Assembly (NCBI GenBank): GCA_902633335.1
Contig: CACPFY010000006.1
Coordinates: 4,857-68,856, forward strand
Length of the DNA: 64,000 nt
Reading direction: 5' to 3'
Origin: an uncultured Pelagibacteraceae bacterium
Lineage (GTDB): Bacteria; Pseudomonadota; Alphaproteobacteria; Pelagibacterales; Pelagibacteraceae
A program made the position numbers and the translations under genes. Shown here one piece after another: positions 1 through 11,407 of the stretch. Within the stretch, counting starts at the first letter, position 1. The number at the start of each line of letters is the position of its first letter. The notes below the pieces were generated by a model. The model did no database searches and was not told the DNA's origin. It worked only from the letters and a program-made list of their open reading frames with translations.

Positions 1-671
1 CCTAATTGCACTGTCCTATTTTTTCCAGACATGATTTGAACTTCGATGTGTCTTGGATTTTTAAAGTATTTTTCAATATACAAATCATCGTTACCAAAAT
101 ATTTTTTTGCCTCATTTTTTGCTAACGAAAATAACTCTGAAAGATTAGACTCATCATTTACAATTTTCATTCCTTTGCCACCACCACCTGCAGCAGCTTT
201 AATAAGAATTGGATAACCAATTGCACTACATAAGCTTTTTGCTTCCTCATAAGACTTTACTGCTCCATCCGAACCTTCGATAACAGGTAAACCATTCTTT
301 TTTGCAATTATTTTAGCTTGAATCTTATCACCCATATCTCCAATAAGTTTTGAGCTAGGTCCAATAAACTTAATTCCGTGTTTTGTCACTATATCTGCAA
401 ATTTTGCGTTTTCCGATAGAAAACCGTAACCAGGATGTATCGCTTCAGCTCCGGTTAAATCAACAGCAGACATCAATGCTGAAATATTTAAATAACTATT
501 TTGAGGTTGATGAGATCCTATACAGACACTTTCGTCAGCTAATCTCACATGCATTGAGTCAGAGTCCACGTCGGAGTGAACGGCAACAGTACTAATTCCC
601 CACTCTTTACAGGCTCTTATAACTCGAACAGCTATCTCACCTCTGTTAGCTATTAACACTTTTTTAAACAT
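1..671 (-). CDS. accC: Acetyl-CoA carboxylase biotin carboxylase subunit (partial, runs off window start)
   Basis: Minus strand from ATG at 671 reads MFKKVLIANRGEIAVRVIRAC; downstream of accB. Confidence 0.95.
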   Translation of the reverse strand, partial: MFKKVLIANRGEIAVRVIRACKEWGISTVAVHSDVDSDSMHVRLADESVCIGSHQPQNSYLNISALMSAVDLTGAEAIHPGYGFLSENAKFADIVTKHGIKFIGPSSKLIGDMGDKIQAKIIAKKNGLPVIEGSDGAVKSYEEAKSLCSAIGYPILIKAAAGGGGKGMKIVNDESNLSELFSLAKNEAKKYFGNDDLYIEKYFKNPRHIEVQIMSGKNRTVQL

Positions 672-674
672 TAT

Positions 675-1103
675 TTAATCTAAAATTATAAGAGTTTGTC
701 CGAATTCAACAGGTTGACCATCATTTACCATAATTTTTTTCACCGTTCCGTCGGCAGATGAAGGTACATGGTTCATCGTTTTCATTGCTTCAACTATCAT
801 CACTGTTTGACCTTTTTTTATTTTGTCACCAACTTCAACAAATTTTTTTGCTCCAGGTTCTGGAGCTAAATATGCCGTGCCTATAATTGGTGATTTAACT
901 CTAGTGCCTTTTTGTTCACTATTGTCAGTTAATACACTTTTATTAGGAGAAACAATTGCGCTAGTTACATTTTTTTCCGACGAGATCTTCTGGGCTTTTG
1001 AAACTTTTATTTTTTTGTCTCCATCTTGATACTCAATTTCAGAAATATTAAACTCACTTAAACAGTTTACAAGTTCTTTAATTAGTTTTTTATCAATTTT
1101 CAT
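675..1103 (-). CDS. accB: Biotin carboxyl carrier protein
   Basis: EAMKTMN biotinylation motif, GQPVEFGQ. Confidence 0.97.
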   Translation of the reverse strand: MKIDKKLIKELVNCLSEFNISEIEYQDGDKKIKVSKAQKISSEKNVTSAIVSPNKSVLTDNSEQKGTRVKSPIIGTAYLAPEPGAKKFVEVGDKIKKGQTVMIVEAMKTMNHVPSSADGTVKKIMVNDGQPVEFGQTLIILD

Positions 1104-1537
1104 TTTGCTATCAAATCTATAGAAGCTTTTAGAGCTAAAGTATAGCCTTTAACTCCTAAACCACATATTATACCATCTGCTACATTGCTAATCAAAGATT
1201 TATGTCTAAAATCCTCCCTTTTATAAATATTTGTTATGTGCAGTTCAATTATCGGAATGTTTATTGTTTTAAGTGCATCATGAATTGCTACTGAAGTGTG
1301 GGTGTATCCACCAGCATTAATAATTAAACAATTTTGATTTTTCCTGGCTTTTTGTATCTCATTTACGATTTCACCTTCTATATTAGATTGAAAAAAACTT
1401 AGATTAATATTGTGTTTTTTTGAAAAAGATGAACAGTTTTTTTTAATTTCTTCTAGTGAAGTGTTACCATATTTGTCTTTTTCCCTTTCACCTAATAGGT
1501 TAAGATTGGGTCCGTTTATAATTAAAATATTAGACAT
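1100..1537 (-). CDS. aroQ: Type II 3-dehydroquinate dehydratase
   Basis: NGPNLNLLGERE, INAGGYTHTSVAIHDA, ELHITNIYKRE motifs. Confidence 0.97.
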   Translation of the reverse strand: MSNILIINGPNLNLLGEREKDKYGNTSLEEIKKNCSSFSKKHNINLSFFQSNIEGEIVNEIQKARKNQNCLIINAGGYTHTSVAIHDALKTINIPIIELHITNIYKREDFRHKSLISNVADGIICGLGVKGYTLALKASIDLIAK

Positions 1538-1569
1538 AACTTGATTTAAATAAAATAAATAACTAAATT

Positions 1570-1773
1570 ATGGCAAAAATTCAAATAAATGGAAGAAAAA
1601 TAACGTTAAAGCAAAATTTTTCAGTAATAGATGTGTTAAAAAAATACAAACTAAATAAAAAAAAGGTTGCTATAGAACTTAATGGCAAGATTTTACCTCA
1701 AAACCAGTACAATAGTAAAAAATTAAATCATAATGATAAAATTGAGATAGTTCAGTTTATTGGAGGGGGGTAG
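1570..1773 (+). CDS. thiS: Sulfur carrier protein ThiS
   Basis: 67 aa, IEIVQFIGGG C-terminus, upstream of thiG. Confidence 0.95.
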   Translation: MAKIQINGRKITLKQNFSVIDVLKKYKLNKKKVAIELNGKILPQNQYNSKKLNHNDKIEIVQFIGGG

Positions 1774-2550
1774 TTGAAAAAAGATATATTTAAAATAGAT
1801 AAAAAAATTCTCAAATCAAGATTGATAGTAGGTACAGGGAAATATAAGAGTCTTAAAGAGACTGCAAAAGCGATTCAATCATCTGGAGCAGATATGGTCA
1901 CTGTTGCTGTAAGAAGAGTAAACATATCTGATAAAAAAAAACCTTTATTAATGGACTACATAAATCCAAAAAAAATTTCTTATCTTCCAAATACGGCTGG
2001 ATGCTTTAATTCTAAAGATGCTTTAAGAACTCTAAGATTGGCTAGAGAAATAGGGGGCTGGAAAATGGTAAAATTAGAAATACTAGGGGACAAAAAAACT
2101 TTATACCCTGAAATGATAGAGACAATTAAAACTACTAAGGTTCTAGTGAAGGAAGGTTTTAAAGTTTTAGTTTATTGCACTGACGATCCTCTACATGCAA
2201 AAAAACTTGAAGATATAGGTGCTTCAGCAATAATGCCTTTAGCTGCACCTATAGGTTCAGGTTTAGGAATACATAATAAACTAAATATTTCTTTAATCAT
2301 AAAGCAGTCTAAAATTCCTGTGATCATTGATGCAGGAATTGGAACAGCTTCTGATGCCACTATTGCAATGGAAATGGGATGTGATGGAGTTTTAATTAAT
2401 TCAGCTATTGCATTAGCAAAAAATCCAATTCAAATGGCAGAAGCATTTAAACTAGCGGTTATATCCGGAAGAAAATCATTTTTATCTGGACGGATGAAAA
2501 AAAGTAATTTTGCAAGTGCTTCTTCACCAAAAAAAGGCTTAATCAGCTAG
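1774..2550 (+). CDS. thiG: Thiazole synthase
   Basis: [29 protein letters not shown] motifs. Confidence 0.97.
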   Translation: MKKDIFKIDKKILKSRLIVGTGKYKSLKETAKAIQSSGADMVTVAVRRVNISDKKKPLLMDYINPKKISYLPNTAGCFNSKDALRTLRLAREIGGWKMVKLEILGDKKTLYPEMIETIKTTKVLVKEGFKVLVYCTDDPLHAKKLEDIGASAIMPLAAPIGSGLGIHNKLNISLIIKQSKIPVIIDAGIGTASDATIAMEMGCDGVLINSAIALAKNPIQMAEAFKLAVISGRKSFLSGRMKKSNFASASSPKKGLIS

Positions 2551-4378
2551 CTTTCTTCTTTCTTATCCAAAGAGTTCTTGGTTTTTTTTCTTTTTTAATT
2601 TCTTCTTTATTTTTAATTTTTTTGGTTGAAATTTTTTGATTTTTCTTAGCATCTTTTGAGGTTTTCAATATCTTTTCATTTTGAAAAATAGAACTTTTAA
2701 TTTGACTGATATGTTCGAATTTATTTATAATTTTCTTTGACTTATTCAATAATTCAATTCTGTATTCAGGAATAATAAATTCAGCTTTTTCAGTAAGTTC
2801 TATTTTGTAAGAGTACTTTTTTTGAAAATAGTTTAACTCTTTAGATAAATTAGTTTCTATGTATAATTTTACTTTTTCAGGAACATATGCTTTAATAATT
2901 TTTATCTTATTATTAAACGCAAGCATTTCAATTTTTTTTACGATTTTTTGAGAAAAAGATTCTAATGATAATATTGTTTCCCATTTTATCGAACCCTCTC
3001 TTAAACGTTGTCTAGTCATTTCAAGTAAACCAAAATTACTAATTCTTCCAATTTGTATTCTTGCTCTATCTTTTCTTACACACTCTCTCATTTTTTTTTC
3101 TACTGTTCTTTTGTTATAAAAATTCAACATATCTATAAAATCAATTACTATAAGACCAGAAAGATCTCTCAATTTAATTTGTCTACAAATTTCTTCTGCT
3201 GCTTCAAGATTAGTATTGAGAGCAGTTTTTTCGATATTCATCTGTTTTGTTGATTGTCCAGAATTAATATCTACAGCCACTAAAGCTTCGGTCGGGTTAA
3301 TTACTAAATAACCTCCCGATTTAAGTTTAACAGTTGGTTCGAAAATATTATTAAGTTCTTTTTCAATTAACGCATCATGAAATAATGGTATTTTGCCTCT
3401 ATATTTTTTAACATATTTTGCATTTTTAGGCATTAATTCCTTCATAAACTTTTTAGTTTTTTGATAACCTTCATTTCCATCAACATAAATATATTTTGTT
3501 TCATTGTCATAAATATCTCTCAAAGCTCTTTTGATAATATCTCCTTCCTCATAAATTATAGAGGGAGCATTGGAGACAACTGCTTTATCTTTAATTTCTT
3601 CCCAGGTTTTTAAAGTATTTTGAAAGTCTTTCTCTATTTCGTTTTTTGTTTTATTTGCTCCGGCTGTTCTAACTATAACTCCCATGCTCTTAGGTATTTC
3701 AATTTTATTAAGAATTTCTCTTATTTTTTGTCTATCATTAGAATTAAATATTTTTCTTGATATTCCACCTCCTTTAGCTGTGTTAGGCATTAAAACCATG
3801 TATTTTCCAGCCAATGATATAAAAGTAGTTAGAGCCGCTCCTTTTTGACCTCTCTCCTCTTTTAAGACTTGTATCAAAATAACTTGCCCAGGTTTTATTA
3901 CTTCCTGTATTCTGTATTTTTTAAGCCCATAAGTATTTTTAAGTTTTTCCCTATAATTATTTTTTTTATCCGCAACTTCATTATTAGGAGTTTTGCTTAG
4001 TTCTTCTGTGTTTTCATTTTTTTCATTATGGTTTGTGTTATCTTGACTAGTATTTATTTCCTCTAAATTTGTATTTTTTAAATCTTCACGTATTTTTTCT
4101 TCTACGTTTTTTAATTTTTCTTTGTCAGCCGATGGAATTTGGTAATAGTCGGATTGTATATCATTAAATGCTAAAAAACCGTGTTTGATTCTTCCAAAGT
4201 CTACAAATGCTGCTTGGAGTGAAGGTTCAACTCTACTGATTGTTCCTAAATAGATATTGTTCTTAAAATTTACCCTATTTTTATTTTCGTATTCGTATTC
4301 TTCAATTGTAAGATTTGATTTAAGAACGATTCTAGTTTCATCTGGATGCGATGCATCAATATATAAATTTTTGTCCAT
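2543..4378 (-). CDS. rne: Ribonuclease E/G
   Basis: [14 protein letters not shown]1 domain, [27 protein letters not shown]. Confidence 0.93.
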   Translation of the reverse strand: MDKNLYIDASHPDETRIVLKSNLTIEEYEYENKNRVNFKNNIYLGTISRVEPSLQAAFVDFGRIKHGFLAFNDIQSDYYQIPSADKEKLKNVEEKIREDLKNTNLEEINTSQDNTNHNEKNENTEELSKTPNNEVADKKNNYREKLKNTYGLKKYRIQEVIKPGQVILIQVLKEERGQKGAALTTFISLAGKYMVLMPNTAKGGGISRKIFNSNDRQKIREILNKIEIPKSMGVIVRTAGANKTKNEIEKDFQNTLKTWEEIKDKAVVSNAPSIIYEEGDIIKRALRDIYDNETKYIYVDGNEGYQKTKKFMKELMPKNAKYVKKYRGKIPLFHDALIEKELNNIFEPTVKLKSGGYLVINPTEALVAVDINSGQSTKQMNIEKTALNTNLEAAEEICRQIKLRDLSGLIVIDFIDMLNFYNKRTVEKKMRECVRKDRARIQIGRISNFGLLEMTRQRLREGSIKWETILSLESFSQKIVKKIEMLAFNNKIKIIKAYVPEKVKLYIETNLSKELNYFQKKYSYKIELTEKAEFIIPEYRIELLNKSKKIINKFEHISQIKSSIFQNEKILKTSKDAKKNQKISTKKIKNKEEIKKEKKPRTLWIRKKKAS

Positions 4379-4512
4379 CTAGTTTGAATTCCTTTTGAGA
4401 TATTTATTGTGTTTGTAATCATAGTTTTAGTTAAAATTTTTTTTTAATACTTCTTACTTATAATCTAAATGCCTTAAGATAGCCAGAATTATTGATATAA
4501 AATGATATTGTC

Positions 4513-6864
4513 ATGCTTAAATATTTAAACCTATCTGTAAAAGCAGTAATAATAATACTGATTTCTGGGCTATTATTAATTTTTTCAGCTTTTTTTTATT
4601 TTTCCTCTGGCTTGCCAGATTATAAAAAATTATCAAACTATCAACCTCCCATATCAAGCAGAGTATATTCAAAAGATGGAAAACTTATCGCAGAATATGC
4701 TCTCGAAAAAAGACTATTCGTTCCATATGACTCAATTCCAAGCAAAATAATTGACTCATTTCTTTCAGCAGAAGATAAAAATTTTTTTAACCATCCGGGT
4801 GTTGATGCAAAAGGTATTATAAGAGCAACTATTAACAATATCACAAATATTTTAGGTGACAAAAGGCTTGAAGGGGCATCTACAATAACCCAACAAGTTG
4901 CAAAAAATTTTCTTTTAACAAATGAAGTTTCTATTAAAAGAAAAATTAAAGAGGCCATATTGGCTTTTAGGATTGAAAAAGCTTATTCAAAAAAAAGAAT
5001 TTTAGAGCTTTACCTAAATCAAATTTATTTAGGGCAAGGCACATACGGAGTCGCTGCTGCTAGTTTAGAGTATTTTGATAAATCAATAAAAGATTTGGAA
5101 TACGATGAAGCAGCTTTACTTGCAGCTTTACCGAAAGCACCAAGTCGATATAATCCTATTAAGGATCCTAAGGAAGCGAAGTTTAGACGGGATTTAGTTT
5201 TAAAAAATTTAAATCAAAATGGATTCATAAATGATGATCAATATGCAAAATTAAAACAAAAGAAAATTAAGCTTAAAAGAAGAAAAATTGAGATAGTAAA
5301 TGAGGCAAATTCTTACACGGAAGAAGTAAGAAGAATTATTAAAAATAAATATGGTTTTGAGAAATTATATACTCAAGGTCTTAGTATTAAATCTCCTTTA
5401 AATATAAATTTTCAGATTGAAGCAATTAATGCTCTAAGAAATGGAATAGAGTCCTATGATAGGAGACATGGTTGGAGAGGACCAATTACAAACAAAAATG
5501 AAGATACGAATTGGAAAAAAAAGTTAGAAAGTTTTAATATTGATCCAACTTTAGAATGGTTAAAAGCTGAAGTAACAGGAATCAATGATAATTTTTTAAC
5601 TCTTAAAACAATAAATGATGAAAATATTAAAATTGAAAAAGATTCTTTAAATTGGGCTATCAAAAAAAGAAATATTAATGATGTTTTTGATATAGGTGAT
5701 TTTGTGTTTATCAAAAAAAATAAAAATTCTTGGTCGCTCAAACAATATCCAAATGTAAATGGAGGTATAGTTGCTTTAAATCCATTTACTGGTGAAGTGA
5801 AAGCGTTGGTAGGTGGATTTAGTTATACTTCAAGTGAATTTAACAGAGTGACTCAAGCCAAAAGACAACCTGGTTCAGCTTTTAAACCTTTTGTTTATGC
5901 AGCTGCAATAGAAAATGGTTTATCTCCAAATTCTATTGTATTAGATGCTCCATTTATAGCTGAGCAAGGCATAGGTTTAAAAGATTGGAAGCCAGAAAAT
6001 TACGGAAAAAAATTTTATGGACCATCTACATTAAGAAAAGGAATAGAGTATTCAAGAAATTTAATGACAGTAAGAATTGCACAAAATGTTGGAGTAGATA
6101 AGATTTTAAATCTTTCAAAACAGTTAGAAATTTATGATGAGATACCTGAATTATTATCCGTGTCTCTAGGCTCTATAGAGACGTCTTTGCTTAACATAAC
6201 TTCCGCTTATGCTACATTCGTTAATGGAGGAAAAAAAGTAAAGCCAGTACTAATAAATCGTATACAAGATAGAAGAGGAAAAACAATTTTTACACCTAAA
6301 AATGCTATTTGCAAAGGATGTGACCGATATACAGAAAATGAAAAAGAAGAAGGACTTCCCAAGATCGATTTAAAAAACGAACAGGTGATAAGTGAACAAA
6401 CAGCCTATCAAATAACTTCTATTCTAAAAGGAGTAATAACAAGAGGTACAGGAAAAAAATTAAGAGATCTTAATGTCCCATTAGCAGGTAAGACGGGAAC
6501 TACTAATAATAATTTTGATGCTTGGTTTATTGGCTATAATTCTAATTTAGTGGTAGGAGTTTATATAGGTTTTGATAATCCTAAAACATTAGGAAAATAT
6601 GAAACAGGTTCAAAAGCTGCGCTTCCTATATTCAAAAACTTTATAAAAGGGGTTTCTTTTTTAGACGATTTTGATGAATTTGAAGTTCCAAATGGAATTT
6701 ATTTTGCTCCAATAAATTACCATACTGGTGAACAAACCGATTTTGATGATAAAAATTTCATACTTGAGGCTTTTAAAGAAAAAGATATTAACAGTTTAAA
6801 CAATAAGCAATTAATATCAAATTATAATTATGATAAATTAATCAAGTTTAGGCAATTTTACTAA
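4513..6864 (+). CDS. mrcA: Penicillin-binding protein 1A
   Basis: AEDKNF, GASTITQQVAKN transglycosylase motifs; PGSAFK, SRN, KTGT transpeptidase motifs. Confidence 0.95.
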   Translation: MLKYLNLSVKAVIIILISGLLLIFSAFFYFSSGLPDYKKLSNYQPPISSRVYSKDGKLIAEYALEKRLFVPYDSIPSKIIDSFLSAEDKNFFNHPGVDAKGIIRATINNITNILGDKRLEGASTITQQVAKNFLLTNEVSIKRKIKEAILAFRIEKAYSKKRILELYLNQIYLGQGTYGVAAASLEYFDKSIKDLEYDEAALLAALPKAPSRYNPIKDPKEAKFRRDLVLKNLNQNGFINDDQYAKLKQKKIKLKRRKIEIVNEANSYTEEVRRIIKNKYGFEKLYTQGLSIKSPLNINFQIEAINALRNGIESYDRRHGWRGPITNKNEDTNWKKKLESFNIDPTLEWLKAEVTGINDNFLTLKTINDENIKIEKDSLNWAIKKRNINDVFDIGDFVFIKKNKNSWSLKQYPNVNGGIVALNPFTGEVKALVGGFSYTSSEFNRVTQAKRQPGSAFKPFVYAAAIENGLSPNSIVLDAPFIAEQGIGLKDWKPENYGKKFYGPSTLRKGIEYSRNLMTVRIAQNVGVDKILNLSKQLEIYDEIPELLSVSLGSIETSLLNITSAYATFVNGGKKVKPVLINRIQDRRGKTIFTPKNAICKGCDRYTENEKEEGLPKIDLKNEQVISEQTAYQITSILKGVITRGTGKKLRDLNVPLAGKTGTTNNNFDAWFIGYNSNLVVGVYIGFDNPKTLGKYETGSKAALPIFKNFIKGVSFLDDFDEFEVPNGIYFAPINYHTGEQTDFDDKNFILEAFKEKDINSLNNKQLISNYNYDKLIKFRQFY

Positions 6865-7953
6865 TGCAATCATTTGAAACATCTTTTAGTCAGATTCAAA
6901 AGATACTTGAAAATATAAGGGGGTATCTTTGAAAAAAATGATATTCAAAAAAAACTTGAGCTTATAGAGCAAAAGACGACAAATGAAAATTTTTGGAAAG
7001 ATCAAAAAAAAGTAAAGAATGTTTTAAAAGATAAAAAACTGTACGACTATTTAATCTCTTCAAATAAAAACTTATCAAAAGAAATAAAAAATCTAAAAGA
7101 CTTATATTCTTTGGGAAACGAAGAAAAAAACGAAGAAATTATTAAAGATTGTGAAACTAAATTAAGAGAACTATTTAAAGAAATTAAAAAATTAGAGGTT
7201 GCCTGTTTCTTGTCCGGAGAAAATGATGCTCTAGACATTTATCTTGAAGTACATGCTGGAGCTGGTGGAACAGAAAGTCAAGATTGGGCTGAAATGCTTA
7301 GAAGAATGTACCTAAAATGGTTTGATAAAAAAAAATTTTCGTATGAAATTATAAGTGAACATAAAGGTGAAGAAGCTGGAATAAAATCATCTACTTTAAA
7401 GGTTTCAGGTTTAAATTTATATGGTTTAATGAAAAGTGAGTCAGGAGTTCATAGATTGGTAAGAATTTCCCCATTTGATAGTGGAGCTAGGAGACATACA
7501 AGTTTTGCAAGTGTATGGGTCTATCCAGTTGTTGATGATGACATAAGTGTAGAAATCAATGAAAAAGATTTAAGAATTGATACTTACAGGTCTAGTGGAG
7601 CTGGAGGTCAGCATGTTAATACTACTGATAGTGCGGTTAGAATTACTCATTTACCGACAAAAATTGTAGTTCAATGTCAAAATGAGAGATCTCAGCATAA
7701 AAATAAAGATACCTGTTTTAAGATGCTTAAAGCTAGATTGTACGAATATGAAATACAAAAGAGAGAAAAGGATAATTTAAAAGAAACAAGTCTTAAAACA
7801 GATATTGGGTGGGGACATCAAATCCGTTCATACGTTTTACAACCATATCAACTTGTAAAAGATCTGAGAAATAAAACAGAAAATACAAATCCAGAAGCAG
7901 TACTTGATGGTGACATAGATAGTTTTATTGAAGCCGGAGTTTTAAACAGATAA
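6864..7953 (+). CDS. prfB: Peptide chain release factor 2, programmed +1 frameshift
   Basis: ATG 6864 frame ends AGG GGG TAT CTT TGA (6927-6932); +1 frame runs into the 7111-7953 ORF with SPF and GGQ motifs. Confidence 0.95.
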
Positions 7954-10122
7954 ATGAAAAGACTTATTTTTTTATCAATATCTTTTTTTCTACTACTTAT
8001 TTCTTTAATAACTTTTTATTTAGTTTTAGTTGGATATGAAACTGATAAATTTGATACTATTCTAGAAAGTAAAGTTTCAAAAAATTTAGCAAATACTAAA
8101 ATTAACATTGATAAAATTAAAGTAAAAATTGATATCAAAAACATAAGTTTTTTTGTCACTACGACAAACCCAGTTATAAAATATCACAACAACAACATTA
8201 ATATAGCTAAAATTGATGCGTATATAAATTTAAAATCACTTATAATCGGAAAGCCTAAAATAAATAATCTATATATTGTATCAAATGAAATTGATGTGAA
8301 TGAAATAAAAAATATTATCAAATATTCTAAACCATCAAATTTTAAAAAATTTTTCATAAATGAAGTAGAAAAAGGGATAATAGCGTTTAACTTGGACATT
8401 AATCTAAAAAATAATTTGATTAATAATTATGAAATTAATGGATACGTAAAAAATTTTTTTGCTGGAATACAAGATGTAAAATTAAAAAAATCAAGTTTTA
8501 TATATCTAGTTAAAAAAAATTCGAGTGAAATTGACAACATAAGGGGTTTTGTTAATGGATTTCAAATCAATTCTGGAAATCTACAATTTGATTACTCTGA
8601 ACTATTAGATATAAAAGGAAATTTAAATTCAGATTTAAATTTAGATAAAAAAAACTTACGAAAGTTATTAAAAAATAATTTATTACAAGACTTTGAAAAC
8701 TTAAACTTTTCTGGCAAAATTAAAAACACTTTTAATGTACAATTTGACAAAACATTAAAGGTTATAGATTATAAAATAGAGGCCTCGGGAAATATTAAAA
8801 AGTCCCAAATTAAATTTAAAAAGCCAAAACAATATCTATTTATTAAAAATAAAATAAAAAAAATAAATTTAGAAAAAACAGACTTTATTTTTAATTTTGG
8901 GGAAAAAATTAAGAACACCTTAGATATTAACGGTTTTTACGTTATAAACGATAATAAACCTCAAAAATTTAGTTTTAAAAATTTGCGTGATTTAAATTCA
9001 CAACAATTTTTAATAGATGCAGATTTTGCAAATGAAATTAATATTCCTATATTTAATTTCAGTTCAATGAATAAGATAGTGAATATTAAAACTGAGTTTG
9101 AGACAAAAAAAGATACTATTAACTTTAAAAAATTGAATTTTATACAGGAAAAAAATAAAATTTATATTAGAAATTTGTTTTTAAAAAATAAAAAACTAAT
9201 AAAATTTGAAAACATTTCTGTAAAGACATTTAATAAAAATACACTCAATAATGATTTTAAAGCTAGTTTTGGCAAAACAATTAAAATCAATGGATTAAAA
9301 TACGACGCTACAAATTTAACTAAATTGTTAGATCAAAATAATGATAATTTTTTAGATAACATAAATAAAGAAGTTTCTGTAAATATTAAAGAGATCTCAA
9401 CTAAAGTATCAGATAAAATATCAAATTTTAATCTTATTGGTTATATTCAAAAAGGAAAGTTTAACAAAATTGTATCTAAAGGGGAGTTTAAAGATGATAA
9501 ATATTTGGATATATCTTTAAAAGTAGATGAAAAAAATAACAAAAAAATACTAGAAGTATATTCAGACCTACCTAAGCCTTTGTTATCAAATTATAAATTT
9601 TTTGATGGTTTGTCTGGTGGTCAACTTCTAATACTATCCTCTTATGACAATAAAGTTAGTAACACGAAATTAACTATTGAGAACTTTAAAGTTAAAGATG
9701 CCCCTGGTTTAGTTAAATTATTATCATTAGCTGATTTTGGTGGAATGGTTGACGCTGTATCCGGTGAAGGTCTATCTTTTGAAAAGCTAGAAATGTCTAT
9801 AGAAAAAAATGATCAAGTATTAAATCTGATGGAACTGTATGCAATAGGACCTAGTATTTCCATTTTAATGGAGGGCTATGTAGATAATAAATCAGGATTA
9901 GTAAGTTTAAGAGGAACAATGGTGCCAGCAAAAACGCTCAATAAATTTTTGTCCAAATTACCTATTGTGGGAGACATCATAATTCCAAAAGAGATCGGAG
10001 AAGGTTTATTCGGTATAAGTTTTAAAATGAAAGGCATGCCAGGTAAAATTAAAACAACTGTAAACCCAATAAAAACATTAACTCCAAGATTTATTCAAAA
10101 AGCTCTAAAAAAAGCTAAGTAA
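7954..10122 (+). CDS. AsmA-like/YhdP-type envelope protein
   Basis: N-terminal TM segment, beta-rich body, C-terminal LNKFLSKLPIVGDII...TVNPIKTLTP AsmA-like tail. Confidence 0.7.
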   Translation: MKRLIFLSISFFLLLISLITFYLVLVGYETDKFDTILESKVSKNLANTKINIDKIKVKIDIKNISFFVTTTNPVIKYHNNNINIAKIDAYINLKSLIIGKPKINNLYIVSNEIDVNEIKNIIKYSKPSNFKKFFINEVEKGIIAFNLDINLKNNLINNYEINGYVKNFFAGIQDVKLKKSSFIYLVKKNSSEIDNIRGFVNGFQINSGNLQFDYSELLDIKGNLNSDLNLDKKNLRKLLKNNLLQDFENLNFSGKIKNTFNVQFDKTLKVIDYKIEASGNIKKSQIKFKKPKQYLFIKNKIKKINLEKTDFIFNFGEKIKNTLDINGFYVINDNKPQKFSFKNLRDLNSQQFLIDADFANEINIPIFNFSSMNKIVNIKTEFETKKDTINFKKLNFIQEKNKIYIRNLFLKNKKLIKFENISVKTFNKNTLNNDFKASFGKTIKINGLKYDATNLTKLLDQNNDNFLDNINKEVSVNIKEISTKVSDKISNFNLIGYIQKGKFNKIVSKGEFKDDKYLDISLKVDEKNNKKILEVYSDLPKPLLSNYKFFDGLSGGQLLILSSYDNKVSNTKLTIENFKVKDAPGLVKLLSLADFGGMVDAVSGEGLSFEKLEMSIEKNDQVLNLMELYAIGPSISILMEGYVDNKSGLVSLRGTMVPAKTLNKFLSKLPIVGDIIIPKEIGEGLFGISFKMKGMPGKIKTTVNPIKTLTPRFIQKALKKAK

Positions 10123-11383
10123 TTTTAAAAAGAAAATGTTTTTTCTTTCCAAATGAAATTTTCATATTTTTGTCTTCAAAATTTGAGTAATTTATAATCA
10201 TATTTTCATCAGTTACTAATAAATCATTAACTTTAATACCGTTATTTTTTATGGCTCTTCTTGCTTCACTTTTTGAACTCATAATCTCATAGTCGACTAA
10301 TAGTTCCAAAATTTTCAGACCTTTTTCAACATCTTTATTATGAATATTTTTTGAAGGCAGATTTTCACTAGTTTTTCCAAATTTAAATACATCAGTAGCA
10401 GTTTTTTCTGCTTTTAATGATTTCATTTTTCCATAAAGTATTTTTGTAGCCTCATTAGCTAGAACAATTTTCAAATCATTAATATTTTTTTTCTCTTTAA
10501 GTTTTTCTAATTCTTCAATTTTTATGTCAGTAAAAAATTTTAAGAATCTATGAACATCTTTATCATCAGAGTTTCTCCAAAATTGCCAATAATCATATGA
10601 AGAAAATAATTTTTCGTTAAGCCAAACAGCTCCTTTTTCCGTTTTACCCATTTTAGCACCAGAGGATAAGGTTATTAATGGACTTGTTAGGCCAAAAGCA
10701 TCTTTTTTAAGTATTCGTCTAATTAAATCAACCCCATTAACTATATTACCCCACTGATCGGATCCACCTAATTGCAATAAACATTTCTCTCTTTCAAATA
10801 ATTTATAAAAATCAAATGCTTGAAGTATCATATAATTAAATTCCATATAACTTAAAGATTGCTCTCTATCTAATCTTGATTTTACACTATCGAAAGTTAA
10901 CATTTTATTAAGAGTAAATTGAGAACCAATCTTTCTTAAAAAATCTATATAATTTAATTTGCCAAGCCAAGAATAATTATCTACGAAAATTGGCTTAATT
11001 TTTTTATTTTTAAAATTTAGTAATTTTTCAAATAATTTTTTAATACTTGAAATATTTTTTTTTATTTCTTTTTGTTTTAAAATTTTTCTTGTTGAACTTT
11101 TTCCTGATGGATCACCTATCAAAGTTGTACCACCTCCTAAAAGCACTATTGGTTTATGACCATGTTTTTGAAGTAATCTCAAAATCATAATTTGTAATAA
11201 GCTGCCTACGTGCAAGCTACTAGCGGTACAATCGAATCCAATATAAGCCGGAATAGATTTGTTTGACATTATCGAGTCCAATTTTTCTAAATCGGTACAC
11301 TGATTTAGATAACCCCTTTCTTGCATTTCTCTCAAAAAAGTGCTTTTCATATTTCTATTTGTTACTGAATTACTATTATACAA
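10115..11383 (-). CDS. tyrS: Tyrosyl-tRNA synthetase (start probably 11350)
   Basis: YIGFDCTASSLHVG, QLGGSDQWGN, KMGKT, C-terminal S4 domain. Confidence 0.97.
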   Translation of the reverse strand: MYNSNSVTNRNMKSTFLREMQERGYLNQCTDLEKLDSIMSNKSIPAYIGFDCTASSLHVGSLLQIMILRLLQKHGHKPIVLLGGGTTLIGDPSGKSSTRKILKQKEIKKNISSIKKLFEKLLNFKNKKIKPIFVDNYSWLGKLNYIDFLRKIGSQFTLNKMLTFDSVKSRLDREQSLSYMEFNYMILQAFDFYKLFEREKCLLQLGGSDQWGNIVNGVDLIRRILKKDAFGLTSPLITLSSGAKMGKTEKGAVWLNEKLFSSYDYWQFWRNSDDKDVHRFLKFFTDIKIEELEKLKEKKNINDLKIVLANEATKILYGKMKSLKAEKTATDVFKFGKTSENLPSKNIHNKDVEKGLKILELLVDYEIMSSKSEARRAIKNNGIKVNDLLVTDENMIINYSNFEDKNMKISFGKKKHFLFKIT

Positions 11384-11407
11384 TATTTGGTATAAATAAA
11401 TACAATT

